Part shown: positions 33,343-33,908 of the stretch, piece by piece
Layout of the letters: every line of letters starts with the position of its first letter
How positions within the stretch are numbered: position 1 is the stretch's first letter
Origin: a virus
Lineage: Duplodnaviria > Caudoviricetes
IMG/VR virus record: IMGVR_UViG_3300049023_000115
Location: 1 to 33,908 of that record
Reading direction: 5' to 3' (one strand)
DNA: 33,908 bases
Position numbers and translations under genes: made by a program
Notes under the pieces: generated by a model
Databases searched by the model: none
Seen by the model: the letters and a program-made list of their open reading frames with translations, nothing else
Told to the model about the DNA's origin: nothing

Positions 33343-33908
33343 CTACCCGGCCAGCCCCATCGCCAATAACATCAAGAAAAACAATAGTACCGCCGCATAG
33401 GAGCCCACCAGCAACGCGAAGGTGCGCCAAAGTGCCCCTGCCCGCGTCAGCGCGTAAGCTTCCTTCAACTGGCGATACATGTGAAGCGGCGGCATTACCA
33501 ACAGCGCAAGCAATATCCAGCCCGCCGATAGCCCGATCGCCGCAGCCAGACTCAATGCGATTACCAGCAGGATCATCGCGCTTAGCGAATAAGCCGCGAA
33601 GATCGCATGATCATAAAGCCCCACATCGCGCCGAAACGCGAAGAGTAGCCAGATGAACGGCACCGAGATCGGAATCAAAACCCAAGCGAATTTATAGGCG
33701 CTCGACTGGATTTTGTAGAGCAGCAGCCGGGGATTCTCATTGGCATGACGAACTGCCTCGTCGAGCACCGGCCAGCCCGTCTTCATTTCAATGCTTCCGC
33801 CATTCCCCATCTGGTTCGTACTCTGCGCCGTGTCTACAGCCTTCAGCCGCCTGCGCGCCTCGCCCAGCGCGGGATCAACCGGCGCGGTATCCCGTTTAGC
33901 GGCGGCGG
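33343..33908 (-). CDS. DUF3667-like membrane protein, C-terminal part (host gene)
   Basis: Frame open to the window edge; ANENPRLLLYKIQSSAYKFAWVLIPISVPFIWLLF...YDHAIF; several TM helices. Confidence 0.75.
   Translation of the reverse strand, partial: AAAKRDTAPVDPALGEARRRLKAVDTAQSTNQMGNGGSIEMKTGWPVLDEAVRHANENPRLLLYKIQSSAYKFAWVLIPISVPFIWLLFAFRRDVGLYDHAIFAAYSLSAMILLVIALSLAAAIGLSAGWILLALLVMPPLHMYRQLKEAYALTRAGALWRTFALLVGSYAAVLLFFLMLLAMGLAG

Overview
GC-rich alphaproteobacterial DNA, probably Sphingomonadaceae (inferred from a DUF3667-like host gene and the phage gene content). Positions 1-30021 are the right-hand ~30 kb of a temperate, lambdoid HK97-type siphoprophage. On the minus strand lie the tape measure gene (cut by the window edge), tail and neck genes, an extra fibre-like module, capsid, protease, portal, terminase, HNH, a NusG-like late regulator, replication and cro. 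On the plus strand lie cI, a small accessory cluster and a long early operon (two tandem-repeat proteins, ERF, YqaJ, SSB, Nin-like genes, Lar, xis, tyrosine integrase) ending at a 3' fragment of tRNA-Pro(UGG), the att site. Positions 30022-33300 are a decayed second island: a serine-recombinase C-terminus joined head-to-head to a 5'-truncated cysteine desulfurase, an HNH nuclease gene and an SF1 helicase remnant. A host membrane-protein gene follows. The most unusual signals are (i) a 409-bp cassette at 27838-28246 bounded by two inverted ~80-bp elements whose sequences diverge but which share three c-GNA-g triloop hairpins with identical spacing, and (ii) a possible 'rope and bead' neck-fibre module whose LamG protein has exactly ten 21-aa repeats. 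All family assignments come from recognising motifs by eye; no database searches were run.
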